A stretch of 28,451 nt of DNA, taken from the NCBI GenBank assembly GCA_964248365.1, contig CAXTYC010000007.1, positions 1 through 28,451 on the forward strand, read 5' to 3'. Within the stretch, counting starts at the first letter, position 1, and the number at the start of each line of letters is the position of its first letter. The notes under the pieces are model-generated. The model was not told the origin of the DNA. It ran no database searches and saw nothing but the letters and a program-made list of their open reading frames with translations. This document shows, one piece after another, positions 1 to 9,706 of the stretch. This DNA comes from an uncultured Chroococcidiopsis sp. Lineage in GTDB: Bacteria > Cyanobacteriota > Cyanobacteriia > Cyanobacteriales > Chroococcidiopsidaceae. The position numbers and the translations under genes were made by a program.

Positions 1-87
1 TAGCTGATATACCCCTGACATTTTCCACTGTCTGGCTCGTTAAATATTATTTTGCTATCTGTTGCTATATTTTGGAGAATTGGTATA
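1..87. mobile_element. Terminus of an IS630-like/TA-target IS or MITE interrupting the intron ORF (rest lies outside the window)
   Basis: The RT/HNH frame has stops at 1-3 and 16-18, and intron-protein-like sequence starts only at ATA-ACA-CGT-CAT (ITRH, 85). The reverse complement of the end reads TA-TACCAATTCTCCAAAATATAGCAAC, resembling the TA-TA(G/C)CAAT ends at 12271, 12437, 21263 and 21922. Confidence 0.5.
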
Positions 88-387
88 ACACGTCATGTCA
101 AAATTAAAGGCACGGCATCCCCTGATGACCCACAGCTAGCCGAATATTGGGACAAACGTCTAACAAATCATGGTCAGACGTACTTTGCTAAAGGTTCAAA
201 GCTATTTAAGGTAGCTCAAAACCAAAGCTGGAAATGTCCAGTGTGCGGTGAACACCTGTTCAATGAAGAAAAACTACACACCCACCATAAAGTGCAAGTG
301 AAAGATGGGGGTACTAACAGGGAGGATAACCTAGTCCACCTTCACCTGAACTGCCACAAGCACGTACATACCGGAAAAAGACTCTGA
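85..387 (+). pseudogene. C-terminal part of a group II intron-encoded RT/maturase with HNH endonuclease domain (5' part disrupted or outside the window)
   Basis: ITRHVKIKGTASPDDPQLAEYW, then CPVCGE...LHTHH...GGTNREDNLVHLHLNCHKHVH (HNH). Immediately followed by intron domains V and VI. Confidence 0.9.
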
Positions 388-401
388 GGTTCTGGAGGCT
401 T

Positions 402-477
402 GAGCCGTATGATGCGAAAGTGTCAAGTACGGTTCTTAGGGGAGGAGGACACGGCGACGTGTGCCTCCTTACCCGAC
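402..477 (+). ncRNA. Group II intron ribozyme domains V and VI and 3' splice site
   Basis: DV GAGCCGTATGATGCGAAAGTGTCAAGTACGGTTC (402-435, GAAA loop). DVI hairpin GGGGAGGAGGACAC...GTGTGCCTCCTTACCC with probable bulged A at 471. Terminal AC at 476-477. Confidence 0.93.
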
Positions 478-982
478 AAGTACCTCTGGGACGATGAAAT
501 TATCTCGAAAGAAAAAGCAGAAACTACATTAAGTATGTCCGCCCTGAATGAAGATATTTATTTGTATGAGAGTTTTTCGTACAACCCGCCCCTACTGCAT
601 TGACTTTTTTCAGCAAAACCGCTTTGGTATTTAGGCAATAATTTACAAACAGCAAGATGAATTAATTGGGTTTTGTGGATTTCGATTTCTGGATGACACA
701 CCAGAAATTGAAATTCTTTTTGGGATTTCTCCAACTTACTGGAGAATGGGACTGGCGAAGGAAGCGGTTAAAGCAGTAATTAGATACGGCTTTGAAGAAC
801 ATCATTTTGAGCGCATTGTTGGGTTAGCCAATATAGAAAATGTTGCGTCATTGCGAGTGATGGAAAAAGGTGGGATGAAGTACGAAAAACGTACAATTTA
901 CAACAATCAGGATGTTGTGTACTACACCCTAATATCGAAAGCATGGCAAGCAGATGATTCCTTGTACGTTTTGCGAACTTAG
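478..982 (+). pseudogene. RimJ/RimL-type GNAT N-acetyltransferase, 3' exon of the intron host gene, inactivated
   Basis: KYLWDDEIISKEKAETTLSM (478-537), then a 58-bp insert, then CIDFFQQNRFGI*AIIYKQQDELIGFCGFRFLDDTPEIEILFGISPTYWRMGLAKEA...ENVASLRVMEKGGM. In-frame TAG at 632-634. Confidence 0.85.
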
Positions 983-1075
983 GCTGTAGATGAGGTTATT
1001 TAGTAATGTAATATCAATTACATTATTTTGCGCGGCTTCTCATAGACGCATTAGCATGGAGGAAAAAAGAAGATC

Positions 1076-1258
1076 TTGCCAACAATAGATCAAGCTTTTG
1101 CGTGTGTACGTGTGTGCCTGATGCTCTCCAATTATTACCGCGATCTCGTTTTGTTTCGCTACGATACTCTTACTCAAGAGGTTTACATCCTAACCGCCGA
1201 CAATATCCAAGTTGTCATCCCATCTACAGGAAACTGGAGATTTATCAATGAAACCTAA
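1076..1258 (+). CDS. Small cyanobacterial protein, DUF6888-like
   Basis: 60 aa, TTG start with GGAGG upstream. MPT..QA..C.RVC.MLSN.Y....LFR pattern recalled for this family. Overlaps the next gene. Confidence 0.65.
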   Translation: MPTIDQAFACVRVCLMLSNYYRDLVLFRYDTLTQEVYILTADNIQVVIPSTGNWRFINET

Positions 1259-1475
1259 CTTCAGTGAAATGTCTCTCTCCGAATTACGAGCATACATCAA
1301 GGAGCATAGAACTGATGACGAGGCTATACGCGAACTGTTCGTGAATCGTCGCAGCCCAGATGAGACAGCTACTTGGTATCCAGCACCCTTGGATGAAGAG
1401 GGGATAAAAATTATGGAAGAAGCTTTTCGACAGAAAATCCAAGAGATTGAGAATAAGCGATCTTCCGCCGAATAA
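1248..1475 (+). CDS. Small cyanobacterial protein, DUF6887-like
   Basis: MKPNFSEMSLSELRAYIKEHRTDDEA N-terminus. ATG at 1248 overlaps the upstream ORF by 11 nt. Confidence 0.7.
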   Translation: MKPNFSEMSLSELRAYIKEHRTDDEAIRELFVNRRSPDETATWYPAPLDEEGIKIMEEAFRQKIQEIENKRSSAE

Positions 1476-1705
1476 TTTTCACAAAAGGTCATGCAGAAAG
1501 TCGGGCTGAAATACGATAAAAATGTTCATTTTTATGGTATAAGCTGCGTTTATTGCCTCATTTACCGCCACGAATAGCAAACACAACAATTCCTTTGAGA
1601 TTTGAGGGACAATCTTATGCAAAGATAGAAAGATTGTCTTAGTAAGCGTTTATATTGAGGACTAGCCCCGTGCAAGTCTATGGAGAAACACTAGGTTCAA
1701 AAGTT

Positions 1706-1930
1706 ATGAAAGTTGGCGATCGCGTCCGTGTCAAAGAATCCGTCATGGTTTACCATCATCCTGAGCATCGCAATCAACCTTTTGATCTCAAAGGCTTAGA
1801 AGGAGAAGTGATAGCTTTTGCTAATGAATGGCAAGGTAAACCTATCAGCGCCAACTTACCGATTTACGTTCAGTTTAGTAAAAAATTCAAGGCACACCTG
1901 CGAGAAAATGAGTTAGAACTTTTGTCCTAG
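1706..1930 (+). CDS. ftrV: Ferredoxin-thioredoxin reductase variable subunit
   Basis: MKVGDRVRVKESVMVYHHPEHRNQPFDLKGLEGEV...ISANLP...KFKAHLRENEL. Start moved to ATG 1706. Confidence 0.92.
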   Translation: MKVGDRVRVKESVMVYHHPEHRNQPFDLKGLEGEVIAFANEWQGKPISANLPIYVQFSKKFKAHLRENELELLS

Positions 1931-2038
1931 CTTTTGCCTCGTACCATTTTAGATGCCCAGATTTTATGTTTTGGATTTTGAGGCTGGGGGAGGCGAGTTT
2001 CATAATTCCACGCATTTGTAGTCAAAAGATGGTATAAT

Positions 2039-2275
2039 TTATCCCTCATGTCGTCGGCGGCGAAACAAGCCCATAAGATTAAATTCGCCGCGCATTTGTT
2101 GTAGTTCTTGTTGATGTCGCATAGCAGTTGTATAGTACCAGTCGCAGTACTCTGACCAAGCCTGACGCGCTTGAACTTCTCGGTAAAATTGGCTTGTTGT
2201 TTGGTAGGCGGCAAAAGTTGCCTCCATTTCTGGCTGAGGCAACGGAATAATTCGGCGGAATTCGTTAGGCATCAT
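2039..2275 (-). CDS. Hypothetical protein (78 aa, helical, aromatic-rich)
   Basis: Protein-like ORF (FYREVQARQAWSEYCDWYYTTAMRHQQELQQMRGEFN), convergent with ftrV. No family recognised. Confidence 0.7.
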   Translation of the reverse strand: MMPNEFRRIIPLPQPEMEATFAAYQTTSQFYREVQARQAWSEYCDWYYTTAMRHQQELQQMRGEFNLMGLFRRRRHEG

Positions 2276-2340
2276 CTATCTAAAGTTAGAAGTGTAAAGT
2301 GTGTAGAGACGCAATATATTGCGCCTGCCAAGAAGTATGG

Positions 2341-2420
2341 AAGTGTGAAGTGTGAAGTGGAAAGTTAGAAGTTAGAAGTTAGAAGTGGAAAGTTAGAAGT
2401 TAGAAGTTAGAAGTTAGAAG
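2341..2420. repeat. STRR heptamer tandem repeat (AAGTTAG/AAGTGTG/AAGTGGA)
   Basis: About 11 tandem 7-mers visible directly. Confidence 0.9.
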
Positions 2421-2581
2421 GCGCGAAATTTCAACCTTCAACCTTTACCCTTCATCCTTTTTGCCTTCAAGCTACTCTTCACAGAAGCCCGAAGGGCTAC
2501 ATCCTTTGAAATTATAGCGATCAGCAATCAAAGATTTTTATACACTCTAACAAACCAAAAGCTAATAGCTAATAGCTTCGC

Positions 2582-3373
2582 TCAAAGCCAACCGCGCAAG
2601 CGATATACAACCAACCCGATATACTCTTTCAAGGCGCTAGTGAAATGCTCTAAATTGTCGGCATTTGGTAGCAAGGATAGCAGTTTGGATTGGGAACTGT
2701 TGCTTAGTTCTTGTAGCTCGTAGTCACTAACAAGGAAATCCGTGGGTGCAGGAATAGCAGTAATTCCCTGATGCTTAAATATAAGTAGCGATCGCGGCAT
2801 ATGCATAGCACTCGTCACCAATAACACCCGCCCGATACCGCGCTCTCTCAGGATTTTTTTTACATTTACCGCATTTTCATAAGTGTTACGCGATAATGGT
2901 TCTTCGATAATTGCCGATGCTGGAACACCAATGTGCTGCAAAATTGTTGCCATAGCCAATGACTCAGCAGAACCAGTGCCTAGCCATTCAATCATACCGC
3001 CACTGGGAATTATCAGGGGTGCTTTGTGTTTTTGATACAGCAAAGCCGCATAAACGACGCGATCGCCTGCTTCATTTAGCTCCACAGTTGGTCTAGGAAA
3101 AGCAGCAGATCTAGTAGCGCCGCCCAAAACAACGATCGCTTCTGCATTTGGTAGACTGGCGGTTGGTAAATTTTGCCATTCAAGCGATCGCACTAGATAC
3201 CGAGCAGTCCAGCTATTACCTCCCACAAGCAAGAAAATCAAAGCAAGGGAAATTGCAACTGCTGCCCAACGCGGTCGTTTCCAGAGTGTCACCAATGCAA
3301 CTACCATCAACACACACGCTAGCCCCAAGGGGTATATTAACAGGGGTAAGAGTTTCGATAGATACAAAAACAT
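2582..3373 (-). CDS. YdcF/DUF218 (ElyC-like) membrane protein
   Basis: Two N-terminal TM helices, AIVVLGG, SGG, SRNTYENA, LLVTSAMHMPRS, ALKEYIG. Start set at MFLYLSK (3373). Confidence 0.9.
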   Translation of the reverse strand: MFLYLSKLLPLLIYPLGLACVLMVVALVTLWKRPRWAAVAISLALIFLLVGGNSWTARYLVRSLEWQNLPTASLPNAEAIVVLGGATRSAAFPRPTVELNEAGDRVVYAALLYQKHKAPLIIPSGGMIEWLGTGSAESLAMATILQHIGVPASAIIEEPLSRNTYENAVNVKKILRERGIGRVLLVTSAMHMPRSLLIFKHQGITAIPAPTDFLVSDYELQELSNSSQSKLLSLLPNADNLEHFTSALKEYIGLVVYRLRGWL

Positions 3374-3401
3374 AGGGAGATGGGGGGGGTAGGGGGATAG
3401 G

Positions 3402-3484
3402 GGGGACAAGGGGACAAGGGGACAAGGGGAGAATTCGTCTTCCTCTAGTTCCTCTGGTTCCTCTAGTTCCTCTGGTTCCTCTAG
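3402..3484. repeat. Short tandem repeats GGGGACAA x3 and TTCCTCT(A/G)G x5
   Basis: Direct reading. The 9-mer array spans 3440-3484 and includes the stop codon of the upstream gene. Confidence 0.9.
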
Positions 3485-5022
3485 CCTCTAACCCCCTTCA
3501 ACTGGGCTTCTAAAGGTTGGGTAGTATCAAAAGTTTTAACGTAGGGTTGTTCAGCCTCGCTAAAGGGTTCAGCTGCTGCTTGCTGGCTTGCTAACAGGTC
3601 GGCTGTAGCATCAGCAATATCATTTGTTCTTTGTTGCAGACGCTGTTTTAATACATCCTGGGGAGCGGTGCAATGCAAAATTTGTAGTGGTATTTGATGA
3701 GATTTAGCCTGTGCGATCGCCTCCCCTCTCAACACAGAGCGATCGTACTTAGCATCCAAAATCACTGTAAATCCCTGACTTGCTAGTAGAATTCCTAAAG
3801 ACAACAAACGATCATAAGTCTTTTCGGTCATCTCGGCTGTATAAAGCTCATCTCCACCTGGCATGAGTAGAGGAATTTTCCCCAAATGTTTCCGTACCGC
3901 ATCTGAGCGAATATGAATTGCTCCTTCCTTACGAGCTAACTGCCGTGCTACCGTACTCTTACCAGCACCTGAAAGCCCAGACATCAAAATTAACTGCCCG
4001 ATTCCTGGTTTAGTATACTCACTCGCCTGCCGATAGTATGCCGCCGCCGTAGCCTTAGCTTCCTCTTTCACAGCATCTGGTACACCTGGATCATCCAACA
4101 AAAAAGAGTTGACTTTTGCTCTAACGTATGCCTGACGGCTCAAATACAATGGTAGTAACTGCAAGCCTTCCCAATCGCCCGTTTGTTCTACATAGGTATT
4201 CAAAAAAGCATTAGCTAAATCTTTTCGCTGCCGAGCTTCCAAATCCATAGAGGCAAACGCTACATCATACATTACATCGACAAAGCGAAACGGCTCATTA
4301 AATTCGATGCAATCGAACAAAAGAATTTTGTCATGCCATAAACAAATATTTCTTAGGTGTAAATCTCCGTGACATTCCCTAATCCAATTGTTTTCAATGC
4401 GACTAGTAAATAACTGCGAGCGCTCATCAAAAAAACGATCCGTATATTGCTTAGTTTCCTCAAACTGAGCCTCACTTTGAGGACCACCAATATACTTACT
4501 TGTTTGCTCATAATTTTCATCAATCGATTGCCGTACCTGAGCAACTTCACCAAACTTGCGAATATAATCATTCGTTTGAGCATGAGCGTGATATTCTGCC
4601 ACCACACGCCCCAGTTCCTCCATCAGGCTTTCATTCACCTGACCTTGCTCAAACATACTAATAAACAAAGACTCTTGAGGAAAAGCGCGCATCTTCAGCA
4701 CATACTCCCCAGCCTGTCCCGTTCCACCTAGCTGGTAGTGCAACTCATCCCCAGTAACAGGCAAAACCTCCAAATAAAGCTCACCTGCACCCCGCTGATT
4801 CAACCGTAACTCTTCCTCACAAAAATGCTTCCTTAACTCCAGCGTCGAATAATCCAAAAAGCCGAAATTTACAGGCTTCTTAACCTTATAAGCATAATCC
4901 CCAGTCAACAACACATAAGAAACGTGCGTCTGAATCAACTCGATTGGTTCCTGTGTGGGATGAGAATAAAACCCCGACTGCATCATTTGTTGAATTAAAA
5001 CAGGAATAGAAACCTCTGTCAT
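3481..5022 (-). CDS. Bifunctional aminoglycoside-phosphotransferase-like / P-loop (AAA_33, gluconate-kinase-like) protein
   Basis: QTHVS, YKVKKPVNFGFLDYST, RECHGDLHLRNI, FDCIEFNEPFR. C-terminal Walker A GLSGAGKS and IRSDAVRK. Confidence 0.9.
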   Translation of the reverse strand: MTEVSIPVLIQQMMQSGFYSHPTQEPIELIQTHVSYVLLTGDYAYKVKKPVNFGFLDYSTLELRKHFCEEELRLNQRGAGELYLEVLPVTGDELHYQLGGTGQAGEYVLKMRAFPQESLFISMFEQGQVNESLMEELGRVVAEYHAHAQTNDYIRKFGEVAQVRQSIDENYEQTSKYIGGPQSEAQFEETKQYTDRFFDERSQLFTSRIENNWIRECHGDLHLRNICLWHDKILLFDCIEFNEPFRFVDVMYDVAFASMDLEARQRKDLANAFLNTYVEQTGDWEGLQLLPLYLSRQAYVRAKVNSFLLDDPGVPDAVKEEAKATAAAYYRQASEYTKPGIGQLILMSGLSGAGKSTVARQLARKEGAIHIRSDAVRKHLGKIPLLMPGGDELYTAEMTEKTYDRLLSLGILLASQGFTVILDAKYDRSVLRGEAIAQAKSHQIPLQILHCTAPQDVLKQRLQQRTNDIADATADLLASQQAAAEPFSEAEQPYVKTFDTTQPLEAQLKGVRG

Positions 5023-5086
5023 CTCTTTCCTCTGCGCCCTTTGCTTCCCTGGGGTTTAAACCCCAGGCTTTGCGGTTCGTAATAAC

Positions 5087-5111
5087 AAAAAACCAGGGGC
5101 TAACCCCTGGT
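5087..5111 (-). terminator. Intrinsic terminator after rplY
   Basis: Minus strand reads ACCAGGGG-TTAG-CCCCTGGT followed by a T run. Confidence 0.75.
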
Positions 5112-5135
5112 CTATAACAAAACCAATACAATATC

Positions 5136-5732
5136 CTAGCTAGCAGACTCTGAATCTGTAGCTGTATCCGCACTGGTTTGCGGAGGCAAAACACTGACAA
5201 CCACGCGCTCAGAATCATCCATAGATGTTACACCTTCGGGCAGGGCAATCTCATGCACATGAAGGTTATCACCAATATTGAGATTAGAAACATTAATCTC
5301 AATTGCATCTGGAATATTTTCAGGCGCACAACGCACCTGCATTTGTGTCATTACTGGATCTAATAACCCGCCTTCTTGTTTGACACCTACAGCATCTCCA
5401 ACAAAACGCAGGGGAACCTCAATAGCTAGGTCGCTATGAGCTGCTACAGCAAAAAAGCTAAGGTGATATAGCGATCGCTTTGTTGGATGAGTTTGTACCT
5501 CTCGTATGAGAGTTTTACCGCGCCAGGGAACATCAGTAACGTTCAGATCAATGATCGTATTGTTCAATGAAGCTTTTTTGAGCAGGCGTTCTGCTGTTTT
5601 AGCATCCAGTGTCAAGGAAATTGACTGTGCACCTTGATGACCGTATAGATTAGCTGGGATTCTTCCCTGACGGCGCAGAGCATTTGGTTTACTCCCTTCT
5701 GGGCGTTTTTGACATTCGACTGTGAGTTCCAT
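5136..5732 (-). CDS. rplY: 50S ribosomal protein L25 / general stress protein Ctc
   Basis: [41 protein letters not shown]. Confidence 0.95.
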   Translation of the reverse strand: MELTVECQKRPEGSKPNALRRQGRIPANLYGHQGAQSISLTLDAKTAERLLKKASLNNTIIDLNVTDVPWRGKTLIREVQTHPTKRSLYHLSFFAVAAHSDLAIEVPLRFVGDAVGVKQEGGLLDPVMTQMQVRCAPENIPDAIEINVSNLNIGDNLHVHEIALPEGVTSMDDSERVVVSVLPPQTSADTATDSESAS

Positions 5733-5749
5733 ATTGATAACTAGGGGGG

Positions 5750-7253
<1,504 letters not shown>

Positions 7254-7450
7254 TTAAAATCTAAAGTTTTCACAAACCCTCATCTTAATCATATCATCTC
7301 AATTATGTCAAGTAGGGGTGAACAATGTTCACAGGAGCGATGCAACGAATAATTAAAAATTAATAATTTTTTAGAATAAATTTTTATATCCAACCTGATG
7401 GGGAAAAAAGTTATCTATCTATAGAAAGTTAAATCGAATCGACGATCGCG

Positions 7451-7500
7451 CAATTACCAATTACCAATTATCAATTACCAATGACCAACTACCAACTACC
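7451..7500. repeat. STRR heptamer tandem repeat (CAATTAC/CAACTAC)
   Basis: Seven tandem 7-mers. Confidence 0.9.
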
Positions 7501-7517
7501 GCTCACCAAAACATTTG

Positions 7518-8265
7518 TTGAACAAAAGGTTTATCACAAAAAAACTAACAGCAGGATTTGCAATAGCATTGGTAGTTGTGATTGCTGATGCAATACTTTC
7601 CTATCAACATATAACTGAGCTGATTCACAATGAGCAATTGGTGAAAAAACCCAGCAAGTGCTGCATGAACTAGAAAGTACATCGACGTTACAGGATCTGA
7701 AACTGGTCAACGCGGCTACTTGCTTACAGGAATCCAGTGTACCTCTAAAAATAATGTCAGCCACAAGGTCAGGCTTTAAAAAATGGGGAGGGTTTATCAG
7801 TGGGTCGGTTGTGCATAATAGGTAATTTGTTTGGGTTGAACCCTCAAGAGGCTGAGCTTGAAAAAATGGGGCAGACCGCCGTTCTCCCTGAACTAGTTCA
7901 GGGAGCGCGGCTCGCGGCTTCGCCTGTTTGAGTTATCTGTTGTGCTACTTGGGTTATCTGCTGGTTGTGAGGTCTGCCCCATTTTTTTTCCGCCATATTT
8001 CGCACCCATTTTTTTTTAGAGATTTACCTCGTGGCTGACATTATTTTTAAGACGGAAAATCTTAGGAAAGAACAATTATCTAGAACCATATTTGAGCGCC
8101 CGATCTCAAATTAGTGGGCATTTCAAGAATTTCAAACAATTAACTGCCGATCGCTCTATCGGACAGCAGCAAATATCTTTGCTTGAGCAAAAGACGGCGG
8201 AAAAACTCAAAGAACTTGACCAAACGCTCGCCTTACGACGGACACAGGGGTTATCGTTCCTACGC
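7518..8265 (+). pseudogene. CHASE3-domain membrane sensor (histidine kinase / chemoreceptor / diguanylate cyclase type), N-terminal relic
   Basis: KKLTAGFAIALVVVIADAILSYQHITELIHNEQLV / TQQVLHELES..TLQD / ETGQRGYLLTG | KNNYLEPYLSARSQ...QLTAD...KLKELDQTLALRRTQG. Two frameshifts (about 7648 and 7697), a 331-bp insertion, and no output domain. Confidence 0.88.
7733..8063. mobile_element. Non-autonomous 331-bp inserted element with sub-terminal inverted repeats and a 5-bp AGGAA direct repeat
   Basis: AGGAA at 7728-7732 and 8064-8068; removal restores GYLLTG-KNNYLEPY. IR TAAAAATAATGTCAGCCAC(A/G)AGGT at 7746-7769 and 8026-8049. Confidence 0.85.
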
Positions 8266-8399
8266 TCTCGCCTTGGAACAAAAAAATCGCCCTGCTAAAA
8301 GCGCGCCAGGGTTCTCGCAACCGCTAATAGCTAATTGCTCCTCAGTTGTTAGTATTAACTAAAGCTATTGTTAAATTTAATTAATCGAAAGGGGTTACT

Positions 8400-9443
8400 G
8401 TGGCTTTATATGCAGATCTACACCGCCACTTAGGGGGTTCTGTTGTACCTCGTGTTCTCTGGCGGTACTGTCAGCGTCATTCTACCCAGTTAATCGAGCG
8501 ATTTTCTGGCTATCCAGAATTTGAGGATTTCTATACTCGAGCGCGTAACACTCTGGATGAATATCTAGAACTGCACACGTTGGTAGAAAGTGTCCAAACT
8601 GTAGACACATTACCTTACTTTATTTATCGTCTGATTCGGGGCGCTTACATTTTTGAAAATTTAGCTTATTTGGAGCTACGTTATACCCCTTATTTACGTA
8701 CACCCGATGATCTGAGTCAATCTGAGCGCATTGACCAAATGGCAGAGATTGTTGAGGTGGTAGGTAAAGCTAGTCAGATGCCCCAGTATCCAATCGTGAC
8801 TAGCCAAATATTATGTATGCACTCGCGTCTACCCTATGAGGTAAATAAAGCGATTGTTGACTTGGCTGCCCAAAATAGGCAGTATGTATGTGCTGTAGAT
8901 GTAGCTGGGGGAGATGCTCATTACGCCGAACGATTGGAGGAATTTGTCGGACTGTATGCCTATGCGCGAAGTCTCGGCTTGAATACTACTGGACACCTCT
9001 ATGAAACTTCGTCTGGTTGTTATCCAGAACTTTTGCCTCATCTAATGCGGATTGGTCATGGCATCCAAATTCCTCTACTGCATCCAGAACTACTGCCACA
9101 ATTAGCACAGCAGCGACAGTGTTTGGAGGTTTGCCCCACTACATACTTAAAAACGGGAACACTAGAAGATATGAATCAATTAAAGCTGGTGTTTGACCGT
9201 TGTTTTGATGCGGGTGTGGACATTGCTATTTGTACAGATAATGCTGGGTTGCACAATGTCCGACTACCGTTTGAGTATGAAAATCTGCTAACTCTAGATA
9301 TTATCGGTTTTGAACAGTTGCAGGCTTGTCAAGATGCGGCTTTTCGTCATGCTTTTGCTTGGCCTTATGGTCAACGTCCAGCGTCTTTGTTGAATGGGTT
9401 GTTGCAGCCTGAACAAAGTGGGGTTTTAGCAATGAAGGATTAG
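8400..9443 (+). CDS. add: Adenosine/adenine deaminase family protein
   Basis: ADLHRHLGGS, YLELRYTP, VDVAGG, GHLYE, RIGHG, LEVCPT, ICTDN. Confidence 0.88.
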   Translation: MALYADLHRHLGGSVVPRVLWRYCQRHSTQLIERFSGYPEFEDFYTRARNTLDEYLELHTLVESVQTVDTLPYFIYRLIRGAYIFENLAYLELRYTPYLRTPDDLSQSERIDQMAEIVEVVGKASQMPQYPIVTSQILCMHSRLPYEVNKAIVDLAAQNRQYVCAVDVAGGDAHYAERLEEFVGLYAYARSLGLNTTGHLYETSSGCYPELLPHLMRIGHGIQIPLLHPELLPQLAQQRQCLEVCPTTYLKTGTLEDMNQLKLVFDRCFDAGVDIAICTDNAGLHNVRLPFEYENLLTLDIIGFEQLQACQDAAFRHAFAWPYGQRPASLLNGLLQPEQSGVLAMKD

Positions 9444-9446
9444 TAA

Positions 9447-9531
9447 CGTAGACGCTTAGGAACCAACGCAGGCTACCGCGCTTGTAAGCATAGACACGCT
9501 TCGCGGAACCTGCCTTGGCTAGAACGCCAAG
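9447..9531 (+). repeat. Small dispersed repeat (CGTAGACGCTTAGGAAC family), copy 1
   Basis: Shares three conserved blocks with the reverse complement of 12318-12400. Confidence 0.75.
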
Positions 9532-9706
9532 GGGGTACAACGAACGACGCTAAATTTTCAGGTCCGTGTATTGAGATTACTAGTGACGCAAACGTCGAGA
9601 TAACTGGTATGAACTGCTTGACAAATTTAGACAGGTTTATGCCTGGGGCGATCGCTTGCTAAAATTGGTAGGCGATCGCTTTTATATTAAAGAAAAAACA
9701 TGAATT

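Noticed and set aside
400..603. 67-aa ORF MSRMMRKCQVRFLGE...
   Set aside because: Chimeric read-through of intron DV/DVI, the GNAT exon and the 58-bp insert; not a gene.
2341..2460. Regular repeats that might be CRISPR-like (also 7451-7500, 18446-18511)
   Set aside because: 7-9-nt tandem units with no unique spacers; ordinary STRRs, and no cas genes.
7534..7764. 76-aa minus-strand ORF
   Set aside because: Antisense shadow of the CHASE3 pseudogene, starting inside the inserted element.
7738..7769. TGTAC plus 5-bp duplication suggesting a Tn7/CAST end
   Set aside because: TGT is 5 nt inside the boundary, the other end lacks a terminal ACA, and there are no tns or cas genes in the window.
7881..7890. 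GTTCTCCCTG resembles the reverse complement of the insertion target (GTTCTTTCCTG), like a guide segment
   Set aside because: Gapped 9-nt similarity is within chance for 331 bp; only covariation across copies could support it.
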